Shown here: in pieces, positions 39,131 through 53,519 of the stretch
Position numbering within the stretch: position 1 is the first letter of the stretch
Layout of the letters: the number at the start of each line of letters is the position of its first letter
Source: Octopus sinensis
Lineage: Eukaryota
DNA length: 64,000 nucleotides
NCBI RefSeq assembly: GCF_006345805.1
Contig: NC_043002.1
Location: forward strand, 62,930,001-62,994,000
Direction: 5' to 3'
Notes under the pieces: model-generated
What the model was told of the DNA's origin: nothing
The model's input: only the letters and a program-made list of their open reading frames with translations
Databases searched by the model: none
Position numbers and translations under genes: made by a program

Positions 39131-40665
39131 AAATATTATCAACATTTGTTTATTAATTATAGATTTTATACCAATTATATTTAATAGATATAGCTGGCGT
39201 GGCAGTGTGGTAAGAAGGCTGCCTCCCAACCACGTGTTATGCTTTGAGTCCCACAGCATAGGACGTGGTGCAGGTGCCGTCTACTATAACCCTAAACCGA
39301 CTAAAGTTTTATGACAAGGTTTAGTAAAGAAGCCTGCCACATATGTATATACCGCTGTACCTATATACGTGTGTCTCTGCTTTTGCCTATGTAACCCACA
39401 ACAGCTTGACAACCAGTGCTCTTTCCTTTACAATAACGTAAATTAGATTCAGCAAAAATGTGGCCAATAGAATACGTAACAGAGTATGGCTGCAATCCAA
39501 TGGTTGAAACAAGCAAAAGAAAAAAAAGATACAAATAGAAGATACCATTCTAATACAAAAACATTCACAAGCATACGCTTATATACATACATACATTTGT
39601 ATATATATATATGTATGTATGTGTGTGTGTGTATCTATGTATGCATATGTATATATATATGTGCTTATATCTGTATGTAGATATACATAGAAACATATGC
39701 TAAATTATATATAATTCGGTATATCTGAAACATACTTTTGTGAAGGGACCTCTTAAACTCAATAAATAAGAGAAGGAAAAAAGATTTAACGGTAAGATAA
39801 GGTACACCCATCAAATTCTTGCCATTTTAAAATAGAAAGCAATGCATAATATTATATGGGATTTCCTGAATGTGCTATTCAAAATTGGTAAAATTCTTCA
39901 AATTGTAATTGTGAGACAGTTACATCTAACCATATATATAGGAAATTATTCAGTAGGAATAATACTAAAGGCAGTTACCGTCCTAACCTGAAGAACATAC
40001 GCTAACTTTACAGAGACAGTTCAAGTACCACACACGATTCTTCCCGTAAAGAAGAGGCACTTGTATAAGAAATGATTTACATGAAAACAAATCCCTTTGT
40101 CTTTGTGAAAGCATCGAACAATAACAGATTAAGATAGATTAAGTTTACCTCTACAGATTTTCAGTACAATTCAAACCCAACAGTGAAAGTTAAATTTCGT
40201 TTTAGTATATGCCTACGTAAACAATCCGATCGAAGACAGAAAAGACAGCCGATGGCCATATTTCAAGAATTACTGCGCTATCATCAGCAGCACGTCCAAC
40301 TGCCCCCTCCCCATATGTCAGGAGCACATTGCTTAAATATACGCCAAATTTACGCGGTATAACAGTATTCGCTAGACCAATTTATATATCAAGTACACTC
40401 CTGGCAATTGTTTGGGAAATATTGCTAGGAAGGACACGATATTTTGTTTCACAACCATTGTATACTACTAAGTATATTAGAGATTTACAAGTCGATATTT
40501 TAACTTTCCTTTGTGTTAGACTTGTGATGCTCTCATTTTTAAGCTTATCTATGCAAATTCACAACAGAATTTATAGCGCCAGTAGAGAAAATTACGACGT
40601 TTTGTATTCGAAAACATCTTTGTAAATGATATGATCATATATAAATACAATAGGTAATGTGTCTA

Positions 40666-41193
40666 CAGTCATCACTCACCACATCGTGGTTCACCTATCA
40701 CGTCCTCTGTACATCTCGGATTGTTCTGGCTAATACTCGTATATGTAAATTTAGATCACGTACATGCTTAAAAGAGGGAGAAGCCTTCCGGCCTATCACT
40801 AGAGGGCCTCTCAACTCTAGCAAAAACGGCAAAAGAAATTCAGAGTGGCGGAAGATTGGGACCTCAAGATGATTCGTGCGTTGCAGTTCAGAAATGCAAT
40901 CGACGGAGCTATGTATTTTTACAAAAACCTCCTTACACAGAAAAAATAGCAGCGCTAGCAACTACCCATCACTATGTTCTTCACTCGCCAAAGAACACAA
41001 AAGACACAGGGATTCCTAAAAGTGTGGAGAGAGTTTATAAAGCTTAAGTTTTTGAAAATACTGAAATGGATATATACAAATTATAAACATAATTAAAATA
41101 TATATACAGTAGCGTACTGTTTCTACTTCGCCGATTTACACCTACCACGGTATAAATTGAATCGTAATACCCGCGATAACCGAGGGATAACTG
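40666..41193 (+). mobile_element. Internally deleted Tigger-like transposon retaining the transposase C-terminus
   Basis: TA-cagtcatcactc..ggttcacctatcacg ... cgagggataactg-TA; EDWDLKMIRALQFRNAIDGAMYFYKNLLTQKK*QR*QLPITMFFTR resembles Tigger C-termini. Confidence 0.75.
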
Positions 41194-41910
41194 TATATGC
41201 TTATTTCAAGAGTTATTGCCAAAGGGAGTACATGCACTACGTCCGGGTGTAGAATATATACGCTACAAATTATGATAGCTCTCAAATCTTCAATAAACAT
41301 TAGTTTAAACTTCTTCAGAATATCGTTAAGTACATAAACACTAGTTCCGAGATGTTTGCAAAATGTAAACACTTTTACAAATAAATATTAAAGAAATTGG
41401 CTAGTCCTGTAGTTTAAACCGATTTATTATTCACACCGCGAAGCTTTATTTGCATGCTTATCAACGTATCTCTACCTTTCGATTCGTTTCAATTTATCGA
41501 AACATCGATGTATGTTGCATTATTCATTAATATATTCATCGTGATGTGACCGCATGCAATGTCATGCATATTGAAGTGATCACTTTCGCTGTGACCTGAT
41601 TATTAGATACTAAAAACGGTTATAAACTTCCATTGTATTCATAGGCACTAGATGGGTTTTGTTCATTGATAAACCTATAAACACTAGAGAATAAACAGAT
41701 AACCTCATTTTTCTTTCCGCAAATGGGAAGTTAAAATCTATATTGTAACTTAGTTGTGGCAGTGGATTAGCCAATTATCGTGGGTTACTCAAAGGGAATA
41801 CACTATACGTTATATAGGTTAGTGTGTGGTTGTGTATGTTAGAGTGTTTGTTTCTCTGTGTGTGCGTGTAGCTAGCTAGCTAGCTAGATAGATAGATAGG
41901 TATATCTATA

Positions 41911-41970
<60 letters not shown>

Positions 41971-41993
41971 CAAAGATATATATATGTATGTAC

Positions 41994-42029
<36 letters not shown>

Positions 42030-42035
<6 letters not shown>

Positions 42036-42914
42036 GTGAGGGGTAAATTGTCGCCATACGATGCTTTTAATTTCGCACATGCGCATTGTTTGATTTTGAT
42101 TTTGTCAACAACACAGTATAGTAGGGTCAGTTGGAAACCGTCTGTGAGAAAAACAGCACCAAGAAGCAATTCTCTCTGCCAGAAATATAAAATCTACTTG
42201 CTGTACTGCTTGGCATTCGCACCGAAAGCTTTAATACGAACATTTCAGAGTGTTTGGGTGTCAATCTGAGAGTTTGCCGTGTCCCCAAAACATGTAGCGA
42301 GTATGATAAAAATCAAACATCCAGTCAACATCATGTTCCTTGGAGTGATCAGTAATGATTGTGACATTATGCGTCCATTCATCTTCCCACACGCCCTAAG
42401 ACTCAACACGGACACCTACATCAAGTGCCTGGAGGGAGTAATGCTGCTCTGGGTCAAAATGTTGGCTGCTGGAAAACCCTATGTCTGACAACAGGATTCT
42501 TCTCCATGCCACACAAACAGGATTACCCAGTCATGGCTGTCAGACAATTTGTGGGACCAAACACCCCTAACATCTGGCCACCTAACTCCCCAGACTGCAA
42601 CCCCTTTGATTATTACGTGTGTGGCGCAGTTGAGCGGGAGACCAACAAAACTCCTCGTAACACCAAAGACGAACTGTGGCAGCGTTCACCAGTTTAAACA
42701 AGGAAACCTTCGAGAAGAGTTACAGGAGATTCCCAAGCTGTCTGGAGACAGTGGTTGAAGTCAATGGCTATTTTATTGAATACATTTACTCTTTAGTATT
42801 TCAAGACATTTTTATGTAATTTTGATAAATATATAAATATATCTGTTAAAATGAGATGTCAGTGTTATTTCCTTCTTTATGTAATTCAGCCAACAAATTA
42901 TTCACCGCACCCTA
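42030..42914 (+). mobile_element. Decayed Tc1/mariner element, DD37D (maT)-like transposase
   Basis: KHPVNIMFLGVISNDCDIMRPFIFPHALRLNTDTYIKCLE..YV*QQDSSPCHT..WPPNSPDCNPFDYYVCGAVE..TVVEVNGYFIE*; degenerate TIRs ending ..ccgcacccTA; internal deletion. Confidence 0.85.
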
Positions 42915-43879
42915 TATATATACAAGTATATATGTGTTTGACTATATGTAATACTTGTATTTTGCATTTTTAATAAATAGCCCGAACCTAGAATCTATTA
43001 TTTCCTTCACTACATAAACACTTCTCTATCTATCTGTCTGTCTGTCTGTCTCTCTCTCTCTGCCACCATCTCCTTTTACCCTCATTGCAATTCAAATGAA
43101 GTAAACACTTCTAAAACTAGTTGATCCGCTTTGCAGAAAATGGCCTGTTGTTTATCCGTGTTGTCTCTTTGCACAGTGTAGATAAATGTATATTTATTAA
43201 ACACCTGCCTGTAAATTTGTTCCTAAACTTGTTCGCAAAGATTCTCGTGCATAATCGCACATGAAAACATATACGTGTACATAAACATGCATCCGTGCAT
43301 ACAGACATACACACACGTACATATACATACACAGCCGTCTGCATGTGAATATACAAAATACTTGCAAATATATGCATACAAACAGACAGATAGACGCACA
43401 CATACACAAATATATGTACACATACACATTACACAGATACATACGTTCCCTTGCATATGTTCTTTTACATATCTATCTGTCTATTAGTTCGTGTTTGCGT
43501 GTGTTTGTACGTGTGATTGTATATGTACGACCATGCATACATAGATACATATCTATCCATATATTTTCGTTTACTTATACCTGCGCTTAGTTAATGTGTA
43601 TTTTAATGACAATAGAAATATATCATTTCATTGAAGTTGTTAAAAGATACCATGTAATAAGCAAGATGGCGTCCATTTTTGTTCAAAATATTTAATGAAT
43701 TCCATACACGAACGTTTAAGTTTTCGAAAGAATCTTCAAAAATGCAGCTTTTGTTTTCACCATATTTCATAATCTAAGTTCATTTTCTATTTATTGTTAT
43801 CGCTGCTTTGTTCCTGCCAGAATTGATATTGTTGGTCTTTTTCATAATATAATTATTTTTATGTTATATAAAGCAAACC

Positions 43880-44334
43880 ATTATTATTAATGTCAAGGAA
43901 AGCATTGAACCAATCCTTCTGAAATACCGCAATCTATCATTGAATGCAATAACATAAAGAACAAAAGCAGCTCCTACAACAACAACTTAACTACAACCGC
44001 AGAGGCGAACAACGAATGCAAGAAAATCAATGTCAGTAACAACAACGACAACAGCAACAATAACAACACTAGCGTAGTGGCTACGAATTCTCCTTTAATT
44101 GCTAACTCAGCAAATACGTGGTCCCAAAATTCACTTGAAGGTGAAAGCGAGGCTACAGAATAGATTAAGGTTGACAATATACGATCCGGTGTCATGGCGT
44201 TGTCAGTAAAAGAAGTTAGCGACATCACCAGAACAACAGTTTCTTACAGATGTACGAACCGAAAAAAAAGTAGGATAACCGAATTATCCGCTCCAGCAGA
44301 AGCAGAAAAAATAATGATTGTCAAATGCATGGAG
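43880..44334 (+). pseudogene. Possible decayed Asn/Ser/Thr-rich coding segment
   Basis: Frame NPSEIPQSIIECNNIKNKSSSYNNN..EATE*IKVDNIRSG..KIMIVKCME has one internal TAG and ends at gag|gtaaga. Family not recognised. Confidence 0.25.
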
Positions 44335-45565
44335 GTAAGAAAACAGCAAGTAATTATTGCGTGGTGTGTGTGTGTGTGTGTGTGTGTTGTGTGTGTGTGT
44401 GTGTGGAATCTTACAGGGAATAAGAATCACATAAAGACTATACTAAATTTGGAAGCTCATAAAAATTTGTGATCACAACACTCAGCATGATACAGTGAGA
44501 TTGAAACCTGATTGTGAGCTAAGTGAAATTACAGAGTCCAATCCAGAGTTATGACAAAAGCTGAAGAAACTAAGGTCGTAAAACTGAAATATACTGTATA
44601 GGAAAACTGGTCAAGGACGTCCATGGTCTTCTAAGTGTTTGTTGCACACGAAAATATTTGTTAATCTTTCTAAGAAAATACCGGTGATGATTGAAACTAA
44701 TAAACCAAAATGCTACACGTTTTGGCTATCACATAAGAGTCACAAATATGAAAGGAAATAATGATGTCGACATGAGCCAAGTGTAATCCGCAATTATAAC
44801 CTCAAACCGAGACACTTCGTATTTTGATGTCTCATGAGAAAACAAAAGAGCGTGTCGAAACAAAAGGAAAAAGCCAAGTGGCCAATAGCGAAAAATTAAT
44901 ATGCGTGACAAGTTTACCAGCAGCAACAACAATATCAATAGAATAATCTATAATAACAATAGGAGCAAGACGTAGAGACAGTAGTTTTAAATTTTGGCAC
45001 AAAGCAAGCAATTTTTAAGTGGGGGAGGTCATTTTATTTCACCGACCATATTTGACTGATATTTTATTTTATCTACCCCATTAGGAATGAAAGTCTAAGT
45101 TGATTTCCGCGGTGTATGAATTAAGAACCGAAAGAGCTAGAAGAGAATGCAGTAACTATTGTGTCTCAGGCGCTAACGATTCTGCCAATTTGCCACCTTA
45201 AAATGGTTGGAAATTAAATCAGTTTCAAGTACCGAAAGAACAGCGGATGGAAGAAGAAAACAGACACCAATAAAAGCAACTGTTCTTTCTACAAAAGTTC
45301 ACTGCTGCTATCGGCCAATAGCACCAACAACGATGATTATTACAAAAGTTGCAACATATTCCAAAAATAATCTAGCCTTGCGCTTTGCAATACTATTTTT
45401 ATGATTGCCCCATTCCTTTCCTTAACACTTTTTTCAGTTTCCTCCCAGCAACTGTTCAATAAAGCCAAATTCTCCACAAAATAATAGCTGCAGGTTAATG
45501 GTTATTTTCTTATTAAATATCAAAACAGCATTTCACCCACTAATATAGCTACATTCTTTGTTTTT

Positions 45566-45916
45566 TTCTTTTACTTGCTTCTGTCATTTGACTGCGGCCA
45601 TGCTGTAGCACCGCCTTTAGTCGAACCAATCGACCCAAAGACTTATTCTTTCTAAGCCTAGTACGTATGCTATCGATTTCTTTTGTTGAAGCGCTAAATT
45701 AAGGGGACGTAAACACACGAACATCGGTTGTATGAGTACAAACATTCCTTGTAGGAGCACAAACACACACACATATATACGACGAGCTTCTTCCAGTTTC
45801 CGTTTACCAAATCCACTCCCAAAGATTTAGTCGGTCCAAGATGCAACGTAGTTGTACTGAACTCGGAACTATGTGGTTTGGAAGCAAGCTTCTTACCACA
45901 CAGCCATTCCTGCGCC
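45566..45916 (-). mobile_element. SINE family B
   Basis: Consensus match. Confidence 0.85.
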
Positions 45917-46329
45917 TATGATCAGCATGTAGAATAAAAATTAAAAGTACTTTATTGAATAACAATTGATTCTATTGTTTATGTTAAAGACAAAATGGCG
46001 ACATGAATTGCAAAGGTATCTATCATTTGTTCAATCGAAATAAGATTTCTAAACTCGCCATACTGGAATAACACATTACGTTACGGAATTTGACAGTATA
46101 TTAGAAGCACGTTTTTCTCCAATAGAGTATCTCAAAAGAAATAAATGAAAAAATAAATAAATAAAATAAAATCACCCTTGGTCCAATATATGAAGTTATG
46201 CCTTCCATAAACTAATATTGCCGTTGAAGCTCTTTCCCTGAATACACACTGCTGAACTTGAGACGCATCGTATAAGGCCATCAGTCTTTTATACCATTAA
46301 ATACAGTAATTATTGTTCATGGTATTTAG

Positions 46330-46566
46330 GGCGGCGAGCTGGCTGAATCGTTAGCACGCCGGGCAAAATGCATAGCCATATTTCGTCTGTCGTTACGTTC
46401 TGCGTTCAAATTCTGCCGAGGTCGACTTTACCTTTCATCCTTTCGGAGTCGATAAATTAAGTACCAGTTACGCACTGGGGTCGATGTAATCAATTAATCC
46501 ATGTGTCTGTCCTTATTTGTCCCCTCTGTGTTTAGCCCCTTGTGGGTAGTAAAGAAATAGGTATTT
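46330..46566 (+). mobile_element. SINE family A unit 1, ending at the dimer junction (aaagaaataggtattt)
   Basis: Near-consensus head, core and tail. Confidence 0.9.
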
Positions 46567-47074
46567 AGGGTAAGTCTTTTCTGATCTGTCATCAATGTAA
46601 ATTAAAGCGTTCAACGCTGACGAAAGAAACTTTTTCTTGCATGCAGGGAACCGAAGTTACATTATATCTAATGTGATTTTTCATTTGATGTAGGGGACGA
46701 ATATATGATTGTAGGGAGGTTTGGCTTCTATTTCTTGCAGATTACATAACCTCTAAGAGGCACTACATTTCATGGTATTTATAATGGGTAATAAAAGGAA
46801 TGAGCTGGCAATTCTTCGGTCTCTTTACATTCAGAGTTCGAAACTTAGCGGAATCACCTTTGGCTTTTATCCCACTCTTCGAAATCGATCAAATGAAGTA
46901 CCAGTGATGTACTGGAGGTGGATGGGATCGATTTGCCAGATCCAAATTGCTGGCTTTGAATCCAGCAATGGGCTGGCGCTCTGTTCGTGAAGAATGTTGT
47001 AATCTCAGTCACACCTCGTTGAAACCCAGTGACCAGAGTTCTGGGACACAGGAAAGAAAAACAAAAACGTTATA

Positions 47075-47318
47075 GGTGCAAGCGTGGCTGTGTGGTAAGA
47101 AGTTTGCTTCTCAATCACATGATTCCAGGTTCAGTCCCACTGCGTGGCAAATTCGGCAAGTGTCTTCTATTATAGTCTCGTGTCGACCAAAGCCTTGTGA
47201 GCAGATTTGGTAGACACATACTGTCTTACACACACACAAACACACACACACACACACGCGCGCACACACACACATACACACACACGTACACACTCACATA
47301 CACACACACACGTACACT

Positions 47319-47355
<37 letters not shown>

Positions 47356-47550
47356 GTGTGCACAAGTCTTTGTGTCTGTGTTCGTCCTTCGCTACCGCTT
47401 GACATCCTGTATAGGTGTGTTTACGTTCCCGTCGTTTTTTTTTTGTTTTCGGCAAAAGAGACCGCTCGAATAAGTACCTGGCGTTAAAATAGAATAAGTG
47501 CTCCAGCATGACCACAGTCTAATGACTAAAACAAGGACAAGATGAAAGAG
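47075..47550 (+). mobile_element. SINE family B
   Basis: Head gcgtggctgtgtggtaag..ggttcagtcccactgcgtggc, central microsatellite, tail. Confidence 0.85.
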
Positions 47551-47935
47551 GAAAGCCATACATAAATAAAGTAAACGATTGATGGCGGAATCACGTTAGA
47601 TAAAATACTAACTTAAGCAGGGAATCTATTAGTGTTACTAAAGTTGTAAGCTCTGAAGATTATTAACTGAGATAGGGCGAGAGAATGGGTTAGTAAACAA
47701 AAAATGCCTTGTAGCAAACACATCGTGGCCAAAGTGCTAGCGGTAAAAATGGTCTTTGATAATTTCTTTGAAGCTAAACCGATTGTGTTGTGTTGTGTTG
47801 GTGGAACGTTGTAAGATACAAGATAACGGGGAAAGAACTGGCTTGGCGCAACTATTGGGGAAGTAGACAGACGAAATCTACTTAAGATCTTGTTCGTTAA
47901 ATCTCAGCCGATTCGAATACACACACTATCGCAGA

Positions 47936-47994
<59 letters not shown>

Positions 47995-48017
47995 AGTAGT
48001 AACAGCAGCAGTAGTAC

Positions 48018-48051
<34 letters not shown>

Positions 48052-48858
48052 TGTTGTAGTAGTAGAAGTTGTAGTAGTAGCAGTAGTAGTAGTTGTTGTT
48101 GCTGTTATTCTTTCTAATTTGTATGACTAGCATTTTCTAAGGAAAGTCAACTACATCTGTCCCCGAAAGTATAAAGTCGAGCTCATAGTAATTTCGACTC
48201 AAAACCTGAAGCAGAAACAAAACAAAAAAAAATGCAACGAAGCATTTATTCCAGCGCCGTAAAGATTCTGCCTTAACACCACCACTATCTCCACCACCAC
48301 CACCACCACCACCACCACCACCACCACCACCACCACCACCACTACCACTACCGCCAACAACAACAACTTCGTTTCTATATCAGGTTTACAAGATTCTTTA
48401 TGCGAATTCGTGTGTTGAAACAAGTTTTGTTGTATCTATGCAGAATCATTATGCCAATATAGTAAACACCTCCACTCACCCCCCACATACTGGTTTAATT
48501 CCATTCATTCATGATTCATCAATTGATTAAATATCCGATTGTTTTATTTTTGTTTGTCAAAATTCATTCGTTGCTTCTTGCAACCTTTTCGATGACTATT
48601 GGTTTATTCCGTTATAGAGGCCGCGTTTGTTTGCCTGATATGCTGTTGCGTGTATGTGTGTGTGTATGTGTATATGCGTGCATGCGTGTCAGCGTGTGCG
48701 TGTGCTTGTGTATGTATGCACGTACGTACCTATGTATATATCCATGCATGCATGTATGGATATCGAAATGCCGCTAGGCATTAATCCCAGCGCGCGAACC
48801 ATTCTGCCAGCGCACTGCCTTTTTACTAATAATAAAAATAAAAATAATAATAATAATT

Positions 48859-49388
48859 GCCCTGATGCAGTACCAGACAGTGGCTCTCATAGCTTCTGAT
48901 CTTTACTGATTGGAAGTGTTATCATGATATAAAAGACGGGTTACAACAAATATTATGCTCAATACCACAGATTTGCTTGTCAGCTGTTTGACCTTAACCG
49001 GTTGAGCATGTCCCTTAGTGGCTGACGATATGTGCATCTCTGATCACGAGCGGAAGTAGTGGAGGAGCATCATAGCCGTGTGTTGAAAAGTATTCTTGGA
49101 GGTTTGGATGATTCACCAAACATGGGTGGTTTTTTCAACATCCCTAAACAACCTTTATTCAAGGATCTTTTGAGCGGGATGGGCTACTCGACCAGAAGAA
49201 AATTCTAGCTGGGTCCGACCTGCAAGGTCATGCGCTGTTTATCTTGATATGAGATCACCATGGTGCGCACATATGGTTGTGATGCATGTGCCTGGTGTAC
49301 CCTTATCAGACGGGTACTCATGATAGGTATACTGGGCTTCGTATATTTTACCTCAGTGTCGTTTTGATGGCATGCACTGCTCTCTCAC

Positions 49389-49390
<2 letters not shown>
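48859..49390 (+). mobile_element. Non-coding retroposon (LINE 3-prime UTR or non-autonomous element) embedded in (TAA)n
   Basis: Unique ~530 bp flanked 5-prime by (AAT)n and ending ctctcactt(AAT)n; no ORF. Confidence 0.45.
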
Positions 49391-49436
<46 letters not shown>

Positions 49437-49489
49437 TAATAATAATAACAACAACAACAACAACAACAACAATAATAATAATAATAATA

Positions 49490-49528
<39 letters not shown>

Positions 49529-50364
49529 GGGAAACGTTTAACGTGCGAAAAGGCTACAATATTACTCCAAAATTTATCCCCTAAGATCGAGAAAGAAAAC
49601 CCAAAATACTGACAAAGGCAATCGAAAAATCACATAGGAAATGCTGTGATATATAGCTGTGTAATACTCATTAATATTTCCTTTCTATTTGCTACACATA
49701 AATGATGTATTATAAAAGATTAAAATATTCAACATTTTTGTGAACACGTGTAAACTTGATCGCTGGAATAGGGCTCTTATCAACAACAGAACACCTCCGT
49801 CCCGTTCAGTCAAATAGAAAACTAAATAAATAAATAAAGGGAAAGCATTCAAAATAATACTTCAGCCCAAGTCTAATAAACGGGAATAGAGTAATTTGAA
49901 TTTATTTTAAGTACGAAAACGTACACCTGGAAAATCTTCCAGTATCAGAAACGGATACTCCGGTTTCTGGCTAAAGTGATGACAAATAAAATAAATGCCT
50001 GGTCGTTAATCCTGATGCCTCACAAATAATACGAGAAAACATACGTAGACATGAAAGAATATGCTTCTGTTCTTCATGTTTATATTGCAACGGTGTTCTA
50101 CCCTTAAAGCGAAAATACGAGAGTATACGACAAAGTAGCTAATTTAAGGAAATACCTTTTCAGAATAAGGAAAAGGTAATCAAAAATTGAAATAAAACAA
50201 TTAAATGAAATAACATGTTACTAAAAGATAAGTATTGATCTCAGAATAACTAAGCTGAAAAGTATTGGGTTCCACACAGACGTTCCACACAGACGAAACA
50301 GATGAGGAAACCGCACAAACCAAAGCATAACGCAAGAGTGACCGAAGATATACCAAAGCAGAAC

Positions 50365-50553
50365 TACAATTTTGAGGGAAGGGACCAGTCGATTAGATCG
50401 ACAACAGCACGCAACCGGTACTTAATTTATCAAATCTGAGAGGTTGAAAGGCAAAGCCGACCCCGTCGGAATTTGAATTCTGAACATGAAGACAGACGAA
50501 AGATCGCTAAGCATTTCGCCCGGTGTGCTAGCGTTTCTGCCAGCTCGCCGCCT
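50365..50553 (-). mobile_element. SINE family A
   Basis: Reverse complement of core and head. Confidence 0.8.
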
Positions 50554-50976
50554 TTGAAGTCAACAACAAAATAACGCTATGAAACAACTGGAAAAAAAAA
50601 TAATAAAAACACTGCAGTAATGTTAAATAACAAACGAGATTACGTGAAATAAATGGTTCATCTAAAATAAGAGATCTCAGGTAAATCGCAACGAATATTT
50701 TGGTAAAAAAAAGTAGCATTGTGTCTCCGAAAAGCACTTTGAATTAAGCAATGAATCAAATATGTAACATGCAAAAATGAAGGAAAAGTAAGGAATGAAT
50801 ATTATAGATGAATTAATTTAATACTTAAATCAGAGATAAATGCAAAAAAAAAAAACCCACCAAAATAACCAATAATAATTTGGTCTTTCACATTTAGTGT
50901 CTTATTATTTAACCTATAGTCTTTGACTATTGAAAAGGTTGCAAGACGCATCGAAAATTTTAGGAAAAAATATATG

Positions 50977-51562
50977 AGTGCCTGTGTGGTAAGTAGCTTG
51001 CTTACGAACCCCATGGTTCCGGGTTCAGTCCCACTGCGTGGCACTTTGAGCAAGTGTCTTCTGCTATAGCCTCGGGTCGACTAAAGCCTTGTGAGTAGAT
51101 TTGGTAGACGGAAACTGAAAGAAGCCCATCGCATGTATGTATATATGTATGTATGTGGGTGTATATGGTTGTGTGTGTGTGTTTGTCTCCCCAACATCAC
51201 TTGACAACCTATGCTGGTGTGTTTACGTCTCCGTAACTTAGCGGTTCGACAAAAGAAACCGGTAGAATAACTACGAGGCTTCCAAAGAATAAGACCTGGG
51301 GTCGATTTGCTCGACTAAAGGTGGTGCTCCAGCATGGCCACAGTCAAATGACTGAAACAACCACACATACACACAAACACACACATATATATACACTTAT
51401 ATACGACGGGATTATTTCAGTTTCTGTTTACCAAATCCACTCACAAGGCTTTGGTCGACCCGAGGCTATAGTAGAAGACACTTGCCCAAGGTGTGACGCA
51501 GTAGGACTGAACCCGGAACGATGTGGTTGGTAAGCAAGATCCTTACCACACAGCCACTCCTA
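50977..51562. mobile_element. SINE B (+, 50977-51360) followed by a SINE B 5-prime half (-, 51400-51562)
   Basis: Consensus matches in opposite orientations. Confidence 0.85.
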
Positions 51563-52394
51563 CATCTATGGGTTTACCCTTTGTGGGTTATGAGACTTGG
51601 TTACCTGAAGATCGTAGAGAAATATGCCAGATGGCTTCAGTGGTCTTAATCGCTGTCAAGAGTGGATCAGTCTAACATTAATGTGATTCCAGGAATAGCA
51701 AACGTCAAGTCGGTGAAATACGAACCAGGTTACTGATCTGAAGTGTCAAAGGATCTTGGAGGTAGGGAACTGCTTTTGTGTTCTTCATTACTTGCATCTG
51801 TGATAGGAAGCTGCGATTAAACGGGAGTCGAACGATATGTCAGCTGCTCATACTGAGTCTGAAGCAGGAAAATAATCAAGGGCGTCTGACATATCGATTA
51901 GTGAAGGGTGTCCTGTGGGGTGGAGTGACACTAACAATTAGTTAGACTGTGCTGCCGCAACAGAGCTATAAGGCTGGATGTTGTGCTAGAGATGTTACAT
52001 TCAACTCCCCAACAAGGAATGGTTAAAGGTAAGTATATAATTAAAGACCGGCATTGTAAGGAAAAATTAACCTCTCTGTAAATATGAGAAATATTTGCAA
52101 AGAATGAAGAAATTTTACACATCATTACGTAAATTATTACATGGCTTCAGTTAAAGTATTTATAGAACTGGAGGTTTGAAAAGAGATTGGTTTTTATTAC
52201 GGAAAATATGAATACTAATTGAATCTTAAGTGGTATTACTAGCCAAATATATTCTCAAGCAACCATATATCTATCTATCCATTTATGACCCTTTCCTTTC
52301 CTACCCGTGTATATATCTATATATGCGTATGTGTGTATGCAAGTAGGTAGATAGTTAGGTAGGTAGGTCGGTAGGTAGTTATGTAGGTATATAT

Positions 52395-52441
<47 letters not shown>

Positions 52442-53519
52442 TATATATAATGCTATATACGTTTAGTAAAATATAAGCAGATCCGATGCTATCATAAATA
52501 AACTTCTTATTTTGCTAAGAAAACATTAACCTTTTAAATTAAATGGCAAAACTCACTTCCTATACTTTAAAATGTAGGATGGATCTACTTTGGAGTGATT
52601 TGGAGGCATCACTAAGCAGAATAAAATATCAATGTTGGCTTAAATAGAAAGAACTAGAAACTTAATGACCGTTAAATTACTTCTTAGTAGGGTTTATATA
52701 TGCCCGTAAAATGAGGAAAATGATTGATTAATTGAAAAGAATGTATATCGAACGAGAAAAATGGTGTATCGTGGGAGACAGAAAATGGCGAAGTGCCGTT
52801 GCTTTAAGTAAATAGAAGGGATAAAAAAATATTTAAGATGGAAGAAAACTCGACATTTTAAGTTGTTACTGAAGCAGTGAACATAATACTAGGGTAATAG
52901 GCCCTAAGGAAAAAAAATCCCATCAAATTAATTCCAGATAACATTGATTTATAACATAGCAACGACGTTATCATCATATTTAAGGAAGGACAAATCGATT
53001 AAATCGATCTAGTGCTTGACCTCGCATATATATTTATCGTTTTCCAGAAGGATAAAACACAAAATCGATCACGGTATGATATAAAACCAGAAATGAAATG
53101 GAATGTAACTAAGAAGCGCAAGGCATTTACCTGGAATTGTTTCACTGATTCTGTCAATTCACTGTCTGATGAGGATGACAATGATTTCTTTTTTATTTTT
53201 GTTTTTATATTGGTGCCATTAAGCAACATAGATTTAGTGAGAAGGTTATTGTTTCCTCTAATCGATTGCCACAATTGATAGATATGTTATCGAACTATCA
53301 GTAATAAAAAGGTATTCTCAATCTAGGATTTATTCGAACGCGGAAACGTAGATCAAAATTAAAAAATGTAAATACATTAAATCCAGCGCCTCCATTAATA
53401 TTGTTATCCATCTGTGTTTGATATAAACGTCTCTCACTAGCTGCCCATACAAATGATTAAACAGGCAACTTGCGCTATAAAAGAGTTGTTTAGTCTAGTT
53501 TTCTTAGTTTCTGATTCAG

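Noticed and set aside
39850-40625. Several long, nearly open frames on both strands
   Set aside because: Overlapping frames each need stops or shifts; none was recognisable, and such runs are expected by chance in 64 kb x 6 frames.
51570-52028. Possible APE-endonuclease remnant (minus, LVGELNV) or plus-strand exon ending aag|gtaagt
   Set aside because: One short motif or one splice site only; insufficient support.
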